NCBI GenBank assembly: GCA_050633305.1
Contig: JBOEGF010000008.1
Location: 414,474 to 478,473, forward strand
Origin: Nannocystales bacterium
GTDB taxonomy: Bacteria; Myxococcota_A; Polyangia; Nannocystales; Nannocystaceae
Reading direction: 5' to 3'
DNA: 64,000 bases
Each line of letters opens with the position of its first letter. Within the stretch, counting starts at the first letter, position 1. The position numbers were made by a program, and so were the translations under genes. Positions 1 through 9,422 of this stretch are shown one piece after another. The notes beneath the pieces were generated by a model, which searched no databases, was not told the origin of the DNA, and saw only the letters and a program-made list of their open reading frames with translations.

Positions 1-2
1 AC

Positions 3-416
3 ATGATCGGGCACGTCGTCATTCTCGAGAAGGATGGCCAGCAGTTCGGCGCGACCGGTCGCAGCTCCACGTGGCGCCACGGCATCGAGGTCTTCGGTTG
101 GCGTCTCGAGGGCAGCCGACTGAAGTTGTTCTTCCCCCAAGACCGGATCCGCGGCGAAGTGAAGGCACGCACCTGGAACTGCGAGGGTGAAGCCCCCGAG
201 CCGTTCGAGTTGTGCCTCGAGTTCTCGGACAACAACGGCCGAACCGCACGGTTCTACAGCCGAACCGACTGGGAAGTGAAGGACGCAGACAGCCTCGACG
301 CACTCGCAATGGAGACCCCCGAGCTCTCCGGCGTACTCGAGAACCTCGAGCTCTCGGCACCGACGCTCGACGTCGACGCGATGGAATTCAACGAAGGTCC
401 TCTCCCCTTCCGCTAG
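3..416 (+). CDS. Hypothetical protein, probably 5'-truncated by the window edge
   Basis: Open frame with high GC3 codons, ending 9 nt before the SPFH gene; no recognisable motif. Confidence 0.6.
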   Translation: MIGHVVILEKDGQQFGATGRSSTWRHGIEVFGWRLEGSRLKLFFPQDRIRGEVKARTWNCEGEAPEPFELCLEFSDNNGRTARFYSRTDWEVKDADSLDALAMETPELSGVLENLELSAPTLDVDAMEFNEGPLPFR

Positions 417-425
417 CCTTCGTTC

Positions 426-1337
426 GTGTTTCCGGGACTGCTCATCGTCCTCTTCGTGGTCTTGGCGATCGCCTCCACGGGTGTTCGTGTTCTTCGCGAG
501 TACGAACGCGCCGTGGTGTTCCGCCTGGGGCGAGCGCAGAAGAAGCTCGCCGGGCCTGGGCTCGTCCTGATGTTCCCGCTGGGGATCGACCGGCCCCGGG
601 TTGTCGACCTGCGGACCAAGGTCGTTCAGATCGCGCCCCAGGAGGTCATCACCAAGGACAACATCTCGATCGTGGTGGACGCCGTCGTCTACATCACGGT
701 GGAGTCGCCCTCGCACGCGGTTCTCGACGTGGAGGAGTACATGCCCGCCACCCTACAGCTGGCAGCCACCACCCTGCGCGCGGTGATCGGTCGGATGGAC
801 CTCGACGACATCCTCGCCCATCGCGAATCGATCAACGAAGAGGTCCGCTCGATTCTCGATGCACGCACCGAGCAGTGGGGAATCGACATCTCCGCGGTCG
901 AACTCCGCGACATCATGCTGCCGCAGGAGATGAAGCGCGCCATGGCCCGACAAGCCGAGGCCGAACGAGAGCGTCGCGCCAAGGTCATCGCGGCCGAAGG
1001 CGAGTTCCAGGCCGCCAAGCAGCTGGCCGCCGCCGCGGAGACGATCGCAGAGAACCCCGGCGCGATGCAGCTGCGGATGTTCCAGACCTTGACCGAGATG
1101 GCGGCCGAGCCCGCGTCCAAAATCGTCGTCCCCGTCCCGATCGAACTACTCGCCGGCCGCAAAGACGCGATGGGCGGCGACCCCGACCTGGGGAACAAGA
1201 TCACGCAGCTCATCGGCGCACTCACCTCCTCGGCCGAGGGCAGCAAGCCCACCCTCACGCAGCAACCCGCGGTCAAGCCCGTCGCCGAGGGCCGCCCGGG
1301 GCCCAAGCGACTCGGCAAGCCCACCCCGCTCGAGTAG
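426..1337 (+). CDS. SPFH/band-7 (stomatin-like) membrane protein
   Basis: N-terminal TM helix, [46 protein letters not shown]. Confidence 0.95.
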   Translation: MFPGLLIVLFVVLAIASTGVRVLREYERAVVFRLGRAQKKLAGPGLVLMFPLGIDRPRVVDLRTKVVQIAPQEVITKDNISIVVDAVVYITVESPSHAVLDVEEYMPATLQLAATTLRAVIGRMDLDDILAHRESINEEVRSILDARTEQWGIDISAVELRDIMLPQEMKRAMARQAEAERERRAKVIAAEGEFQAAKQLAAAAETIAENPGAMQLRMFQTLTEMAAEPASKIVVPVPIELLAGRKDAMGGDPDLGNKITQLIGALTSSAEGSKPTLTQQPAVKPVAEGRPGPKRLGKPTPLE

Positions 1338-1379
1338 ACCGCGGCCGTCAACATGACGACGGTGCCGGGGATGTCGCCA

Positions 1380-3293
1380 TCACCGTGGATTCCGGTCCCC
1401 TTTCCGGCGCGACGGAACCCGGGTTCGGCGACGCAGGGCAAGCCCGACGGCGAAGAGCCACAACGTCGCCGGACCCGGATGCGGCGTCGACGAGCAGCCG
1501 CACCCTCCGTCCGAATCTTGACCGGGTACATCCTCGGCGCCCGTGCTTGCCCCCGACGCTCCCGTTCCCGGCTCCCCCGTTTCCACAGAGCCCGTCCCCG
1601 TCTCCCCCCCAGAATCCCCACCGCTCGTGCTCGCATCCCCGCTCTCGCCAGGGCGACCGGACCCGCCCGTTCCGCCCTCGCCCGGATCGCGGGGTTGCTT
1701 GAGAAGAGCCCCACATTCGTAGCCATCCTCGGCGCGCCGGTAGTCGTGCTGCGCTTCGTCGGCGAACAACCCCGCGCGGTCCTGTGCGCCCAGCACCACA
1801 TAGTCGAGATCGAAGACCATGCCGGTGATGTCGGCGAGGTCCTGCACGAAGTCCACAGCGGCGATGGACGGCTCCATGTCGTAGCAGTTGTCCGCCAGCG
1901 ACATCGCCCGAAACTCCTCGGGAGTCTCGTGCACGTAGGCCGGCACCACGTCATAGAAAGGGTGGGCCTCGTTCATGTCACCCACGAGGAACTCGCCACG
2001 CAGTCCCGGCCACTGCCCATCTTCCCACCAGGAGAACGTGTTTCGCTGGATGGCCACGGGCTCTTCGGCGTCGACGACGAGGTTGTGGTGAACCTCCGTC
2101 CCCCAACCTCCGGAAAACTCCAGGCCCCGGGTGGCGTTCACGACCGTGTTGAAGGCCACCTCGGAGTGCGCCCCGTTGCCCGTCATTTTGAGGAAGGTCA
2201 TCAGCGGTCCGTTGGTCTGGGCTCGCCCAAGTCGGATCCCGATGCCCGCATCGTGGATGACGTTGTTCGTCACGACCGTCTCCCGAAACGGAGACATGAT
2301 CCCGTAGTCCGTGTCGTGAATGTAGTTGCTCGAGAAGTGGTATGGGCCGCGGCTGACGTTCTTGAGCCCAAGTCCGTAGTGGCAGTCGTGCACATGGTTT
2401 GCGACCACATGGACATCACCGTCGGGAGGCTCGAGAACCGCCTCCCACTCCGCGCGCGTCGCATCGTCGCCCGCCTCCGGCGTTCCGCTGTCGTAGGTGA
2501 GCCGCGTCACGGAGTAGTAGCAACCACTGTTCACACCTGAGATCTCGACGAGTTCATCCGTCTCCCGGTCCAAGATCCCCACGTGGTGGAGGTGATTTTG
2601 AAGCACCACGTTGTTGGCTCCACCGCCGCTGGCGGTCATGACGAGAAGCGCGTCGTTGTCGGTCCCATCGGTGTCCGCATGGTGCAGCTCGAGCTCTCGA
2701 AATGTGCACTCCCGGCCGAACCCAGTGAACGCTCGACGATAGACACGTCGAAGTTCGAATCGCTCGTAGACCCAGTAGTCGTTGCGTGCGACGAATGCCG
2801 AGGAACTCCAGTCCCCGGTGTTCTCGTAGTCGAAGTCCAGGACCGCGACCTCCGAGCCCACAACGTACGCTTCGGGGTCGGTACGAAGGACGATGGGCCG
2901 ACCGCTCTCCCCATCATGACCGGTGATCAGCCTGGACGTGGCATGCCCGAAGGTCTCCGCGATCGCGGACATGTCGTAGACACCGGGCGCAAGATGGATG
3001 GCCGTGCCCGCCTCCGCCTCCTCCACCACGGTCTTGAGGTCCCGTCGTGGATTCGCCGCCGTGCCGTCTCCGTCCTCGCCGGGAAGAGGCGCAACGTGAA
3101 TGATGCGTTCGGGCTCCACATCGATCCGCCCCTCGAGCAGTGGCCCGATGCGCTCCATGTCGTCAGCGGTCGGCTCAGGAATCCCTTCCGCCGCCGCGAA
3201 CGATGCGACAAGAGCGACGAAAAAGGGTGCCAGGCACGCCAGCGTCCTCCTGAGAAGGGCGGCGCGACGGCGCGCCGAGACCCAGCCTTGCAT
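1380..3293 (-). CDS. Secreted right-handed beta-helix protein with MYXO-CTERM sorting tail (start uncertain, up to 3356)
   Basis: Signal peptide, repeated N-x-(I/V)-H-D beta-helix rungs, G/S/T linker, GGCGCSS...LWLFAVGLALRRR tail. Confidence 0.8.
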   Translation of the reverse strand: MQGWVSARRRAALLRRTLACLAPFFVALVASFAAAEGIPEPTADDMERIGPLLEGRIDVEPERIIHVAPLPGEDGDGTAANPRRDLKTVVEEAEAGTAIHLAPGVYDMSAIAETFGHATSRLITGHDGESGRPIVLRTDPEAYVVGSEVAVLDFDYENTGDWSSSAFVARNDYWVYERFELRRVYRRAFTGFGRECTFRELELHHADTDGTDNDALLVMTASGGGANNVVLQNHLHHVGILDRETDELVEISGVNSGCYYSVTRLTYDSGTPEAGDDATRAEWEAVLEPPDGDVHVVANHVHDCHYGLGLKNVSRGPYHFSSNYIHDTDYGIMSPFRETVVTNNVIHDAGIGIRLGRAQTNGPLMTFLKMTGNGAHSEVAFNTVVNATRGLEFSGGWGTEVHHNLVVDAEEPVAIQRNTFSWWEDGQWPGLRGEFLVGDMNEAHPFYDVVPAYVHETPEEFRAMSLADNCYDMEPSIAAVDFVQDLADITGMVFDLDYVVLGAQDRAGLFADEAQHDYRRAEDGYECGALLKQPRDPGEGGTGGSGRPGESGDASTSGGDSGGETGTGSVETGEPGTGASGASTGAEDVPGQDSDGGCGCSSTPHPGPATLWLFAVGLALRRRTRVPSRRKGDRNPR

Positions 3294-3429
3294 CCCCCCT
3301 GGTGGCCGCGTCGAGTTTCGGTTCAGGGGCAGCGCTGTCTCCTCCATGGCTGCCACCGATGCTACTGAACGGCCCCCTCTCGCCCTCTTACCGCGCCTGC
3401 GCAGGTCCGAACGCGGCCGCAGCGTTGCC

Positions 3430-4218
3430 CTACTCGTCGAAGATCGCGACAGCGCGGGTCCACCCCGCGGACGCGCCGCGGATCTTGTGGGGGAAGCAGC
3501 TGATCGTGAAGCCGTCTCCGGGCAGCGCTTCGAGGTTGTGTAACTTCTCCAAGTGGCAGTATCCGATGTCGCGCCCGGCCTTGTGCCCCTCCCAGATCAG
3601 ACTGCTGTCCCCCGTCTGAGCGACCTTTTTCGCGGTGTATGAAAACGGAGCGTCCCAGCTCCACGCGTCGGTTCCTGTCAACCGAACGCCGCGCTCGAGC
3701 AGGTACATCGTCGCTTCGTAGCCCATCCCACACCCCGTCTCCACGTAGTCGTCCTGCCCATAGCGCGAGCCCGCGCGCGTGTTGACGACCACGATCTCCA
3801 TCGGTTGCAGCTCGTGACCAATCCGAGCCAGCTCGGCTTCCACATCCGCGGCCGTCGCGACATAGCCGTCGTCGAAGTGGCGGAAGTCCAGCTTCACCCC
3901 AGGCTGAAAACACCACTCCAACGGGATCTCATCGATGGTCATCGAAGGGCGGGAGCCTCCAGCCTTCGCGTCTTGTGTGGAGTGAAAGTGATACGGCGCG
4001 TCGAGGTGCGTACCGCTGTGCGTGGTGAGTGTGACCCACTCCGCGGCGGCAGCCTGCCCCTCCGGATAGTCTTCGGGCTTCGTCCCGGGAATCATCTGCA
4101 TGAAGATCGGGACGGTGTCCTCGTGCGTCTCGTAGGTGATCTTCGGCGCCAGCGGTGCAGGGTCGGAGAGCACCTCATTCTCGAGGTAGATGGACAGGTC
4201 GACGAAGCGGCGTGGCAT
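3430..4218 (-). CDS. Cyclase family (kynurenine formamidase-like) metal-dependent hydrolase
   Basis: VDLS N-terminus, HSGTHLDAPYHF motif, HLEKL and RAVAI C-terminal motifs. Confidence 0.92.
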   Translation of the reverse strand: MPRRFVDLSIYLENEVLSDPAPLAPKITYETHEDTVPIFMQMIPGTKPEDYPEGQAAAAEWVTLTTHSGTHLDAPYHFHSTQDAKAGGSRPSMTIDEIPLEWCFQPGVKLDFRHFDDGYVATAADVEAELARIGHELQPMEIVVVNTRAGSRYGQDDYVETGCGMGYEATMYLLERGVRLTGTDAWSWDAPFSYTAKKVAQTGDSSLIWEGHKAGRDIGYCHLEKLHNLEALPGDGFTISCFPHKIRGASAGWTRAVAIFDE

Positions 4219-4386
4219 GAGAGCACCGAGCCTCGGCCGGTTTGAAACCACCCGCAAGGCACGTCGCTCAACACCCTGCGCAAGCCCGGAGGCCGAACAC
4301 GGACATCCACCGGATCGGTCTGTGGCGACGCGAGGAACGACGCAGGGCGCAGGACCGCGGGCTGGCTCGGCGCAGTCGCGTGCGGC

Positions 4387-5832
4387 TCAGCTCGCGCCCT
4401 TGTGCAGGAGCACCACGGGGACAGTCATGAACAAGATCTTGATGTCGAGCCACAGCGACCAAGTGTCGATGTACTCGAGATCGAGTTCCATCCACTTGTC
4501 GAAGTCGCTGATGTCGCTGCGTCCCGAGACCTGCCACAGCCCGGTGATTCCAGGACGGACCGAGAGCCGCCGACGCTGACGCGGCTTGTATTGGGCAACC
4601 TCGGAGGGAAGCGGCGGCCGGGGGCCCACCAAGCTCATCTGTCCGACGAGCACATTGAACAGCTGTGGAAGCTCATCGATGGAGGTCTTGCGGATGAAGC
4701 GACCGATCTTGGTGATGCGCGGGTCGTGTTTGATCTTGAACACGGGCCCGTCCATCTCGTTGAGGTGCATCAGCTCCTTCTTCTTCTTCTCAGCGTCGAT
4801 GCACATCGAGCGGAACTTGAGCATGGGGAACTTGCGCCCCTGCAGCCCGCTTCGGACCTGCTTGAAGAGAATCGGACCCCCGTCCTCGAGCTTGATCAGC
4901 AGCGCGATCAACCCGAGCAAGGGGGAGATGGCGATGATGCCGAGAAACGATCCCACCATGTCCAGGAGTCGCTTGCCGATCAGCCGGACCTCGCCGGTGG
5001 GCTTCTGCGTGATGCCGATCATCGGCATGTTGAACCCGGTCATGTTGGCCAGCTCCATCTCGCCGTTGAGCTGGACCGTCGTGGGCATGGAGAGCAGCAC
5101 GTCGACACCGCGTTCATCGCAAGCCGCGAGGGCAACGGCGAAGTCCTCGTGGGTTCGCTCGGGCACAGCGAAGACGACCTCGTCCACAACCTCGGTATCG
5201 AGGAGATACGCGATGTCATCCACCTGACCGAGGACCGGGTCAGCCTCCGTCAGCTCAGGAAGGCCCAGGACGCTGACGAATCCGACCAGACTGTTGTTCC
5301 ACGATGAGCGTTCGCGGAGGGACCCTGCAAATGCGACGGCTTCGGCCCCGGTCCCGACGACGAGTACGCGGTGGTCATCGACGCGCTTTGTGCGACGGAT
5401 GACGGCGCGAGCTGCAACCCGGACCGCGAGCAGAAACACGAACTGCGTCGCGCCGAAGATGAACACGAAGCTGCGCGAGAGAAACGTGACCTTGAACCAG
5501 AAGGACGCGACGACCAGCAGCCCCAACCCAACCGCGACCGCGCGGACGTATCGCACCGAGGTCTGGCCAGGTCCGGCCCGAAAATCCGCGGTGTTGGAGA
5601 AGTGGAAGGTCAGCGCCCACAGCGGGACCATGCCCAGCAGGAACTTCGGATAGTTGGAATCGAGGAACAGCTCGACCGACACCTCGCGTCGGCCCAAAAA
5701 CGCGGGCAGGTACTCCGAGACGGTCGGCAACCACTGCCGCAGCGTCAGCGCCGCAAAGAACGCGACCACGGACACAAACAGATCGCTCAGCAGGAAGATC
5801 TGACGAAAGAGAACCGCTTGATGCCGCGTCAT
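4387..5832 (-). CDS. Polyprenyl-phosphate sugar phosphotransferase (WcaJ/WbaP-type priming glycosyltransferase)
   Basis: N-terminal TMs, Rossmann-like LVVGTG domain, KFRSM, DPRITKIGRFIRKTSIDELPQLFNV, MSLVGPRP, PGITGLWQVSGRS. Confidence 0.95.
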   Translation of the reverse strand: MTRHQAVLFRQIFLLSDLFVSVVAFFAALTLRQWLPTVSEYLPAFLGRREVSVELFLDSNYPKFLLGMVPLWALTFHFSNTADFRAGPGQTSVRYVRAVAVGLGLLVVASFWFKVTFLSRSFVFIFGATQFVFLLAVRVAARAVIRRTKRVDDHRVLVVGTGAEAVAFAGSLRERSSWNNSLVGFVSVLGLPELTEADPVLGQVDDIAYLLDTEVVDEVVFAVPERTHEDFAVALAACDERGVDVLLSMPTTVQLNGEMELANMTGFNMPMIGITQKPTGEVRLIGKRLLDMVGSFLGIIAISPLLGLIALLIKLEDGGPILFKQVRSGLQGRKFPMLKFRSMCIDAEKKKKELMHLNEMDGPVFKIKHDPRITKIGRFIRKTSIDELPQLFNVLVGQMSLVGPRPPLPSEVAQYKPRQRRRLSVRPGITGLWQVSGRSDISDFDKWMELDLEYIDTWSLWLDIKILFMTVPVVLLHKGAS

Positions 5833-5950
5833 CGTGCTGGTCGCTCCAAGACCGTCGGCAATTTACAGTGGATGCGGGCCGCTGGGCACCATCGATCCGC
5901 AGCTGGTCGACGCAAGCCGATTTCACCCCGCCGCTGGGGTCTGAGCCATC

Positions 5951-6373
5951 TCAAGCCGTGGTCGCTGCGGCGATCGCCCACGTAGCCTGGACGAGATCAC
6001 CGAGCGGATGCGGGCCCAGAGGCTCCGCCGGATCGAGGCCAGCATCCTGGAGGAGCCCCCCAAGCAACGTGACGCCCTTCTCCGTGAGCTTCGGACCTGA
6101 CTCGGGCAGCTCGAGGCCCTGCTCGCGGGCGTGGTGCAAGACCAACCCCCGCACGATCGCGTGCGCGATCGTGTCCTCCCGAATCGCTACACAAACCAAG
6201 GCCGGTCCGGGATCTTCAAACGCGGCGAGCTCGTCGGGGTTGGCCCACATGCGCCGACCGTCCTTCCCGACCATGTCGATCGGGGCAAGACCACCGCTCC
6301 CCCGCGGCTTTCGTCGTCGCCAGGGAAACCGCGCCAGTACTTTCTGCAGCTTGAGATCGGAAGGCTGAGCCAT
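5951..6373 (-). CDS. Hypothetical protein
   Basis: Co-oriented ORF filling the gap, with TGnTACGCT upstream. Confidence 0.55.
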   Translation of the reverse strand: MAQPSDLKLQKVLARFPWRRRKPRGSGGLAPIDMVGKDGRRMWANPDELAAFEDPGPALVCVAIREDTIAHAIVRGLVLHHAREQGLELPESGPKLTEKGVTLLGGLLQDAGLDPAEPLGPHPLGDLVQATWAIAAATTA

Positions 6374-6393
6374 ATCGCCGATGTCCGAGCGTA

Positions 6394-7560
6394 TCACGCC
6401 TCTAAAGAAGATGGGCCCGACGATCCGCCGACGACCTCGCTCCACGCGCGTACCAAGGCTTCACCGGCACGCTCGACGTCGACCGCCGTCGTTCGGCGAC
6501 CCAAGCTCAGGCGAAGTGCACCCCGAGCCAGTTCCGCGTCGACGCCCATCGCGTGGAGAATCCCTCCTTCCCCATCGGCATGACATGCCGAGCCCGTCGA
6601 TGCAGCGAGCTCCGGAGCACGTCGAAGGACGTCCGCGCCCACGCAGCCCGGAACGCACACGTGCAGCGTGTTGGGCAGACGGTCGGCCCCGTGTCCGGTC
6701 ACGCGGAGTCTCGGGATGCCATCGACGAGACGGGCTTGCAACGCGTCGCGAAGCGCCGCCTGGCGGCGACCTTCGACCTCGAGATCATGCGCAGCGAGTC
6801 GGCATGCAGCACCGAGCCCCACCACCATCGCGGTGGGTTCGGTCCCGGGCCGGACACCGTGCTCTTGGCCGCCACCGAGTGCCCAGCCTCGAACGAGTCC
6901 GGGCTCACGGATATACAGCGCCCCGATCCCGCAGGGTCCGTACAGTTTGTGACCCACGATCGTCAGCAGGTCGACACCCATCGCGGCGACGTCCACGGGA
7001 ACCTTGCCGACCGCCTGCGCCCCATCGCTATGCACGATCACGTCCGCAGCGGACGCTCGTGCGAGCGCGGAGATCTCGGAGACCGGCTGCAAGACTCCGG
7101 TCTCATTCTGCGCGAGGATCACACTCACCAGACCCGCGGGCTCCGCGAGCACAGATGATGCAGCCGCAAGGTCCACTCGTCCGGAGGAATCCACCGCGAG
7201 CCTCTCCCACGTCCAGCCATCTGCGGAAAGCGCCCGCGCCGGCTCCTCGACGGCGGGGTGCTCGACACTGGTCGTCACCACCCGGCGACGGGCGACCGTG
7301 CTGCGACGCACCGCGAGGTTGTCCGCCTCGGTCCCACCCCCGGTGAAGACGATCTGCTCCGGGCTCGCGCCAATCAGCGCGGCGACCTGCGACCGGGCGT
7401 GGGCAACCGCCTCGGCCGCACGACGTCCGAACACGTGCCCGCTCGAAGGGTTGCCGAACTGCAATCCCAACCACGGCACCATCGCGTCCCGGACGGACTC
7501 GGCGACGGGCGTGGTGGCGTTGTGATCGAGGTAGATGGGGTCCGAGTTCTCGCCCTGCAT
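6394..7560 (-). CDS. Cysteine desulfurase family (NifS/IscS group I) PLP enzyme
   Basis: IYLDHNATTP, GNPSS, FTGGGTEADN, HSDGAQAVGK, GHKLYGP, GTEP, STGSAC. Confidence 0.93.
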   Translation of the reverse strand: MQGENSDPIYLDHNATTPVAESVRDAMVPWLGLQFGNPSSGHVFGRRAAEAVAHARSQVAALIGASPEQIVFTGGGTEADNLAVRRSTVARRRVVTTSVEHPAVEEPARALSADGWTWERLAVDSSGRVDLAAASSVLAEPAGLVSVILAQNETGVLQPVSEISALARASAADVIVHSDGAQAVGKVPVDVAAMGVDLLTIVGHKLYGPCGIGALYIREPGLVRGWALGGGQEHGVRPGTEPTAMVVGLGAACRLAAHDLEVEGRRQAALRDALQARLVDGIPRLRVTGHGADRLPNTLHVCVPGCVGADVLRRAPELAASTGSACHADGEGGILHAMGVDAELARGALRLSLGRRTTAVDVERAGEALVRAWSEVVGGSSGPSSLEA

Positions 7561-7569
7561 GGCGCGGAC

Positions 7570-8319
7570 TCAGGCCTCGTCTTCGGTGCCGTCGGCGGGA
7601 GCTTCGTCAGCCCCGCTGCCCTCGCCAAGCCAGTTGAAGTTCCACAGGATGTACTGCCAGTCCTTGTCCATCGAGCGGGAGTCGCCGAACGGATATTCCA
7701 TCCGAGCGATGAACACGACGTCCTTGCGCGGGAACATGAACTGGATGATCTCCCGCGTCGGCGTGTTCGTGGACGTGTCCATGACGTGAAGGCGGGTGTA
7801 GATCCCGGCCTTCTTCTGGTAGTCGGACTGGTAGGCGATCTCGTCGACGGACAGACCCGCCTGCTTGTACTTGTTCTTGAACCAGGTGACCGAGCGCTCG
7901 TCGATCGGGCGGGTCTTCTTGGTCACGAAGAACGTGATGTCGATCTCCTCCGCTCCGGAGGCGTCCTCGTACTCTTCTTCGGCGAACGGATCCTCTTCCT
8001 CCTCGGCGTCGCCGAACTCGAAGTCGCCGGATGCTCCGCTGCTGCACGAAACGATCGGGATCCAGTTGGTCGCGTCGTCCTTGGTGTGGGCTGACTCGCC
8101 GCAGTTGCGGAAGACATAGAGGGTGTCGGGGACCTCGAACTCGACACCGAGCTGGTTGAACTTCAGCATCGTGCCGCTCTTGGCGCCCGAGGTCGGGCTG
8201 TCCACCCAAGCGGCCGCTTCGCTCGCGCCCCTCTCCCCGCTGTTCTTACAAGACGGGACGGCGAGTAGGCAGGCGGCTGCCAGACAGACTCCGAGGCGGT
8301 TGGCTTGAAAACGCTCCAT
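7570..8319 (-). CDS. Hypothetical lipoprotein
   Basis: Lipobox-like LAVPSC, strongly biased codon usage, 9 nt upstream of the desulfurase. Confidence 0.8.
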   Translation of the reverse strand: MERFQANRLGVCLAAACLLAVPSCKNSGERGASEAAAWVDSPTSGAKSGTMLKFNQLGVEFEVPDTLYVFRNCGESAHTKDDATNWIPIVSCSSGASGDFEFGDAEEEEDPFAEEEYEDASGAEEIDITFFVTKKTRPIDERSVTWFKNKYKQAGLSVDEIAYQSDYQKKAGIYTRLHVMDTSTNTPTREIIQFMFPRKDVVFIARMEYPFGDSRSMDKDWQYILWNFNWLGEGSGADEAPADGTEDEA

Positions 8320-8425
8320 GGACCGGCGGCAAAGGTATCAAAACGGGGCGGCGAGAACAGCCGACAGCGCGGATCGCGGCGGGTTTTCGCTCCAGGGCCA
8401 GGGCGCCATCGCCCCAAACTGCGCA

Positions 8426-8442
8426 TTGGCACCGTGCTTGCT
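8426..8442 (+). promoter_or_regulatory. sigma54 (-24/-12) promoter
   Basis: TTGGCACCGTGCTTGCT matches TGGCAC-N5-TTGC, intergenic and just upstream of the GGDEF gene. Confidence 0.8.
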
Positions 8443-8456
8443 CATTGTTCGACCCG

Positions 8457-9422
8457 ATGCCGACCCCGATGGCCGTACCCGCTGAAGACTCCCCCCCGGC
8501 GCGAGCATCGGTGCCTGCCCGGGCGGTTGCCGAGTTGATGCAGTTTCTGCTGGAAGCCAAGGACGCCAACGCCGTTCGTCAGCGCGCCGTCTCCGGCTTG
8601 GGGGTCCTGTGGGAGGTCGATTGGGCGCAGTTCGGCGTGGAAACCGCCCCTGAGGGCGCGTGCGCGCTCGACCTCCCCGACCCAAGCGGCGTCCAAACCC
8701 TGACGGTCGCCCTTCGCGACCCCACAGACGTTGACGCCCGTCAGACCGTCGACGGTCTGCTCCAAGCCATCCGAGTCCTCCACGCTCGATGCGTCGAGGA
8801 GGCTCAACTCCGCGAGCACGCCCACACCGACGCACTCACGGGCCTGTGGAACCGCCGCGGGTTTCAGCCTTTCATCGACCAAGCGCTGGCTCGCTCCACA
8901 CGGACCGGCGAGGACGTCACGCTCCTGCTGTGCGACGCGGACCACTTCAAGCGCATCAACGACACGTTCGGGCACGCCATGGGCGACCGGGCGCTGCGGG
9001 CCATCTCCGCAGCGTTGCGCTCCGTGATCCGACCGACCGACGCCGCCGCACGTCTCGGTGGGGACGAGATGAGCGTGCTGCTCGCGGGCTGCAACGCTCA
9101 GGGCGCCACCGTCGTGGCCCAACGGATCCAAGAAGCTCTGCGCCAGATTCAGGAAGAAACGGGAATGCCCGAGGCGATCACGTTGAGCATCGGAATCGCG
9201 GACACCCGCGCGATGTCAGCCGACGCTCTCACCCAGCGAACGGTCAGCCATCTGATGGCTGCGGCAGACGAGGCGCTGTACCAGGCCAAGGACGCCGGAC
9301 GAGATCAGTTCGCCTGCCACCCTGACTGCTTCGCGCCCGTCCCTCTCGAGGACGACCCGACGGCCCCCATTCAGCTCAGGGCCGTGCCAACACGGAGCGC
9401 GCGTAGCTCGACGGCGGCGTAA
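8457..9422 (+). CDS. Diguanylate cyclase (GGDEF domain, GGDEM variant) with short N-terminal input region
   Basis: TDALTGLWNRR, DADHFKRINDTFGH, RPTD I-site, RLGGDEM, ADEALYQAK; start placed downstream of the sigma54 promoter (8457 or 8469). Confidence 0.9.
   Translation: MPTPMAVPAEDSPPARASVPARAVAELMQFLLEAKDANAVRQRAVSGLGVLWEVDWAQFGVETAPEGACALDLPDPSGVQTLTVALRDPTDVDARQTVDGLLQAIRVLHARCVEEAQLREHAHTDALTGLWNRRGFQPFIDQALARSTRTGEDVTLLLCDADHFKRINDTFGHAMGDRALRAISAALRSVIRPTDAAARLGGDEMSVLLAGCNAQGATVVAQRIQEALRQIQEETGMPEAITLSIGIADTRAMSADALTQRTVSHLMAAADEALYQAKDAGRDQFACHPDCFAPVPLEDDPTAPIQLRAVPTRSARSSTAA

Noticed and set aside
426..1337. SPFH gene lacking an adjacent nfeD
   Set aside because: Common arrangement, and upstream context is cut by the window edge
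5833..5953. TGA readthrough (selenocysteine) of the ORF downstream of the cysteine desulfurase
   Set aside because: The continuation is not protein-like, there is no redox motif context, and no convincing SECIS
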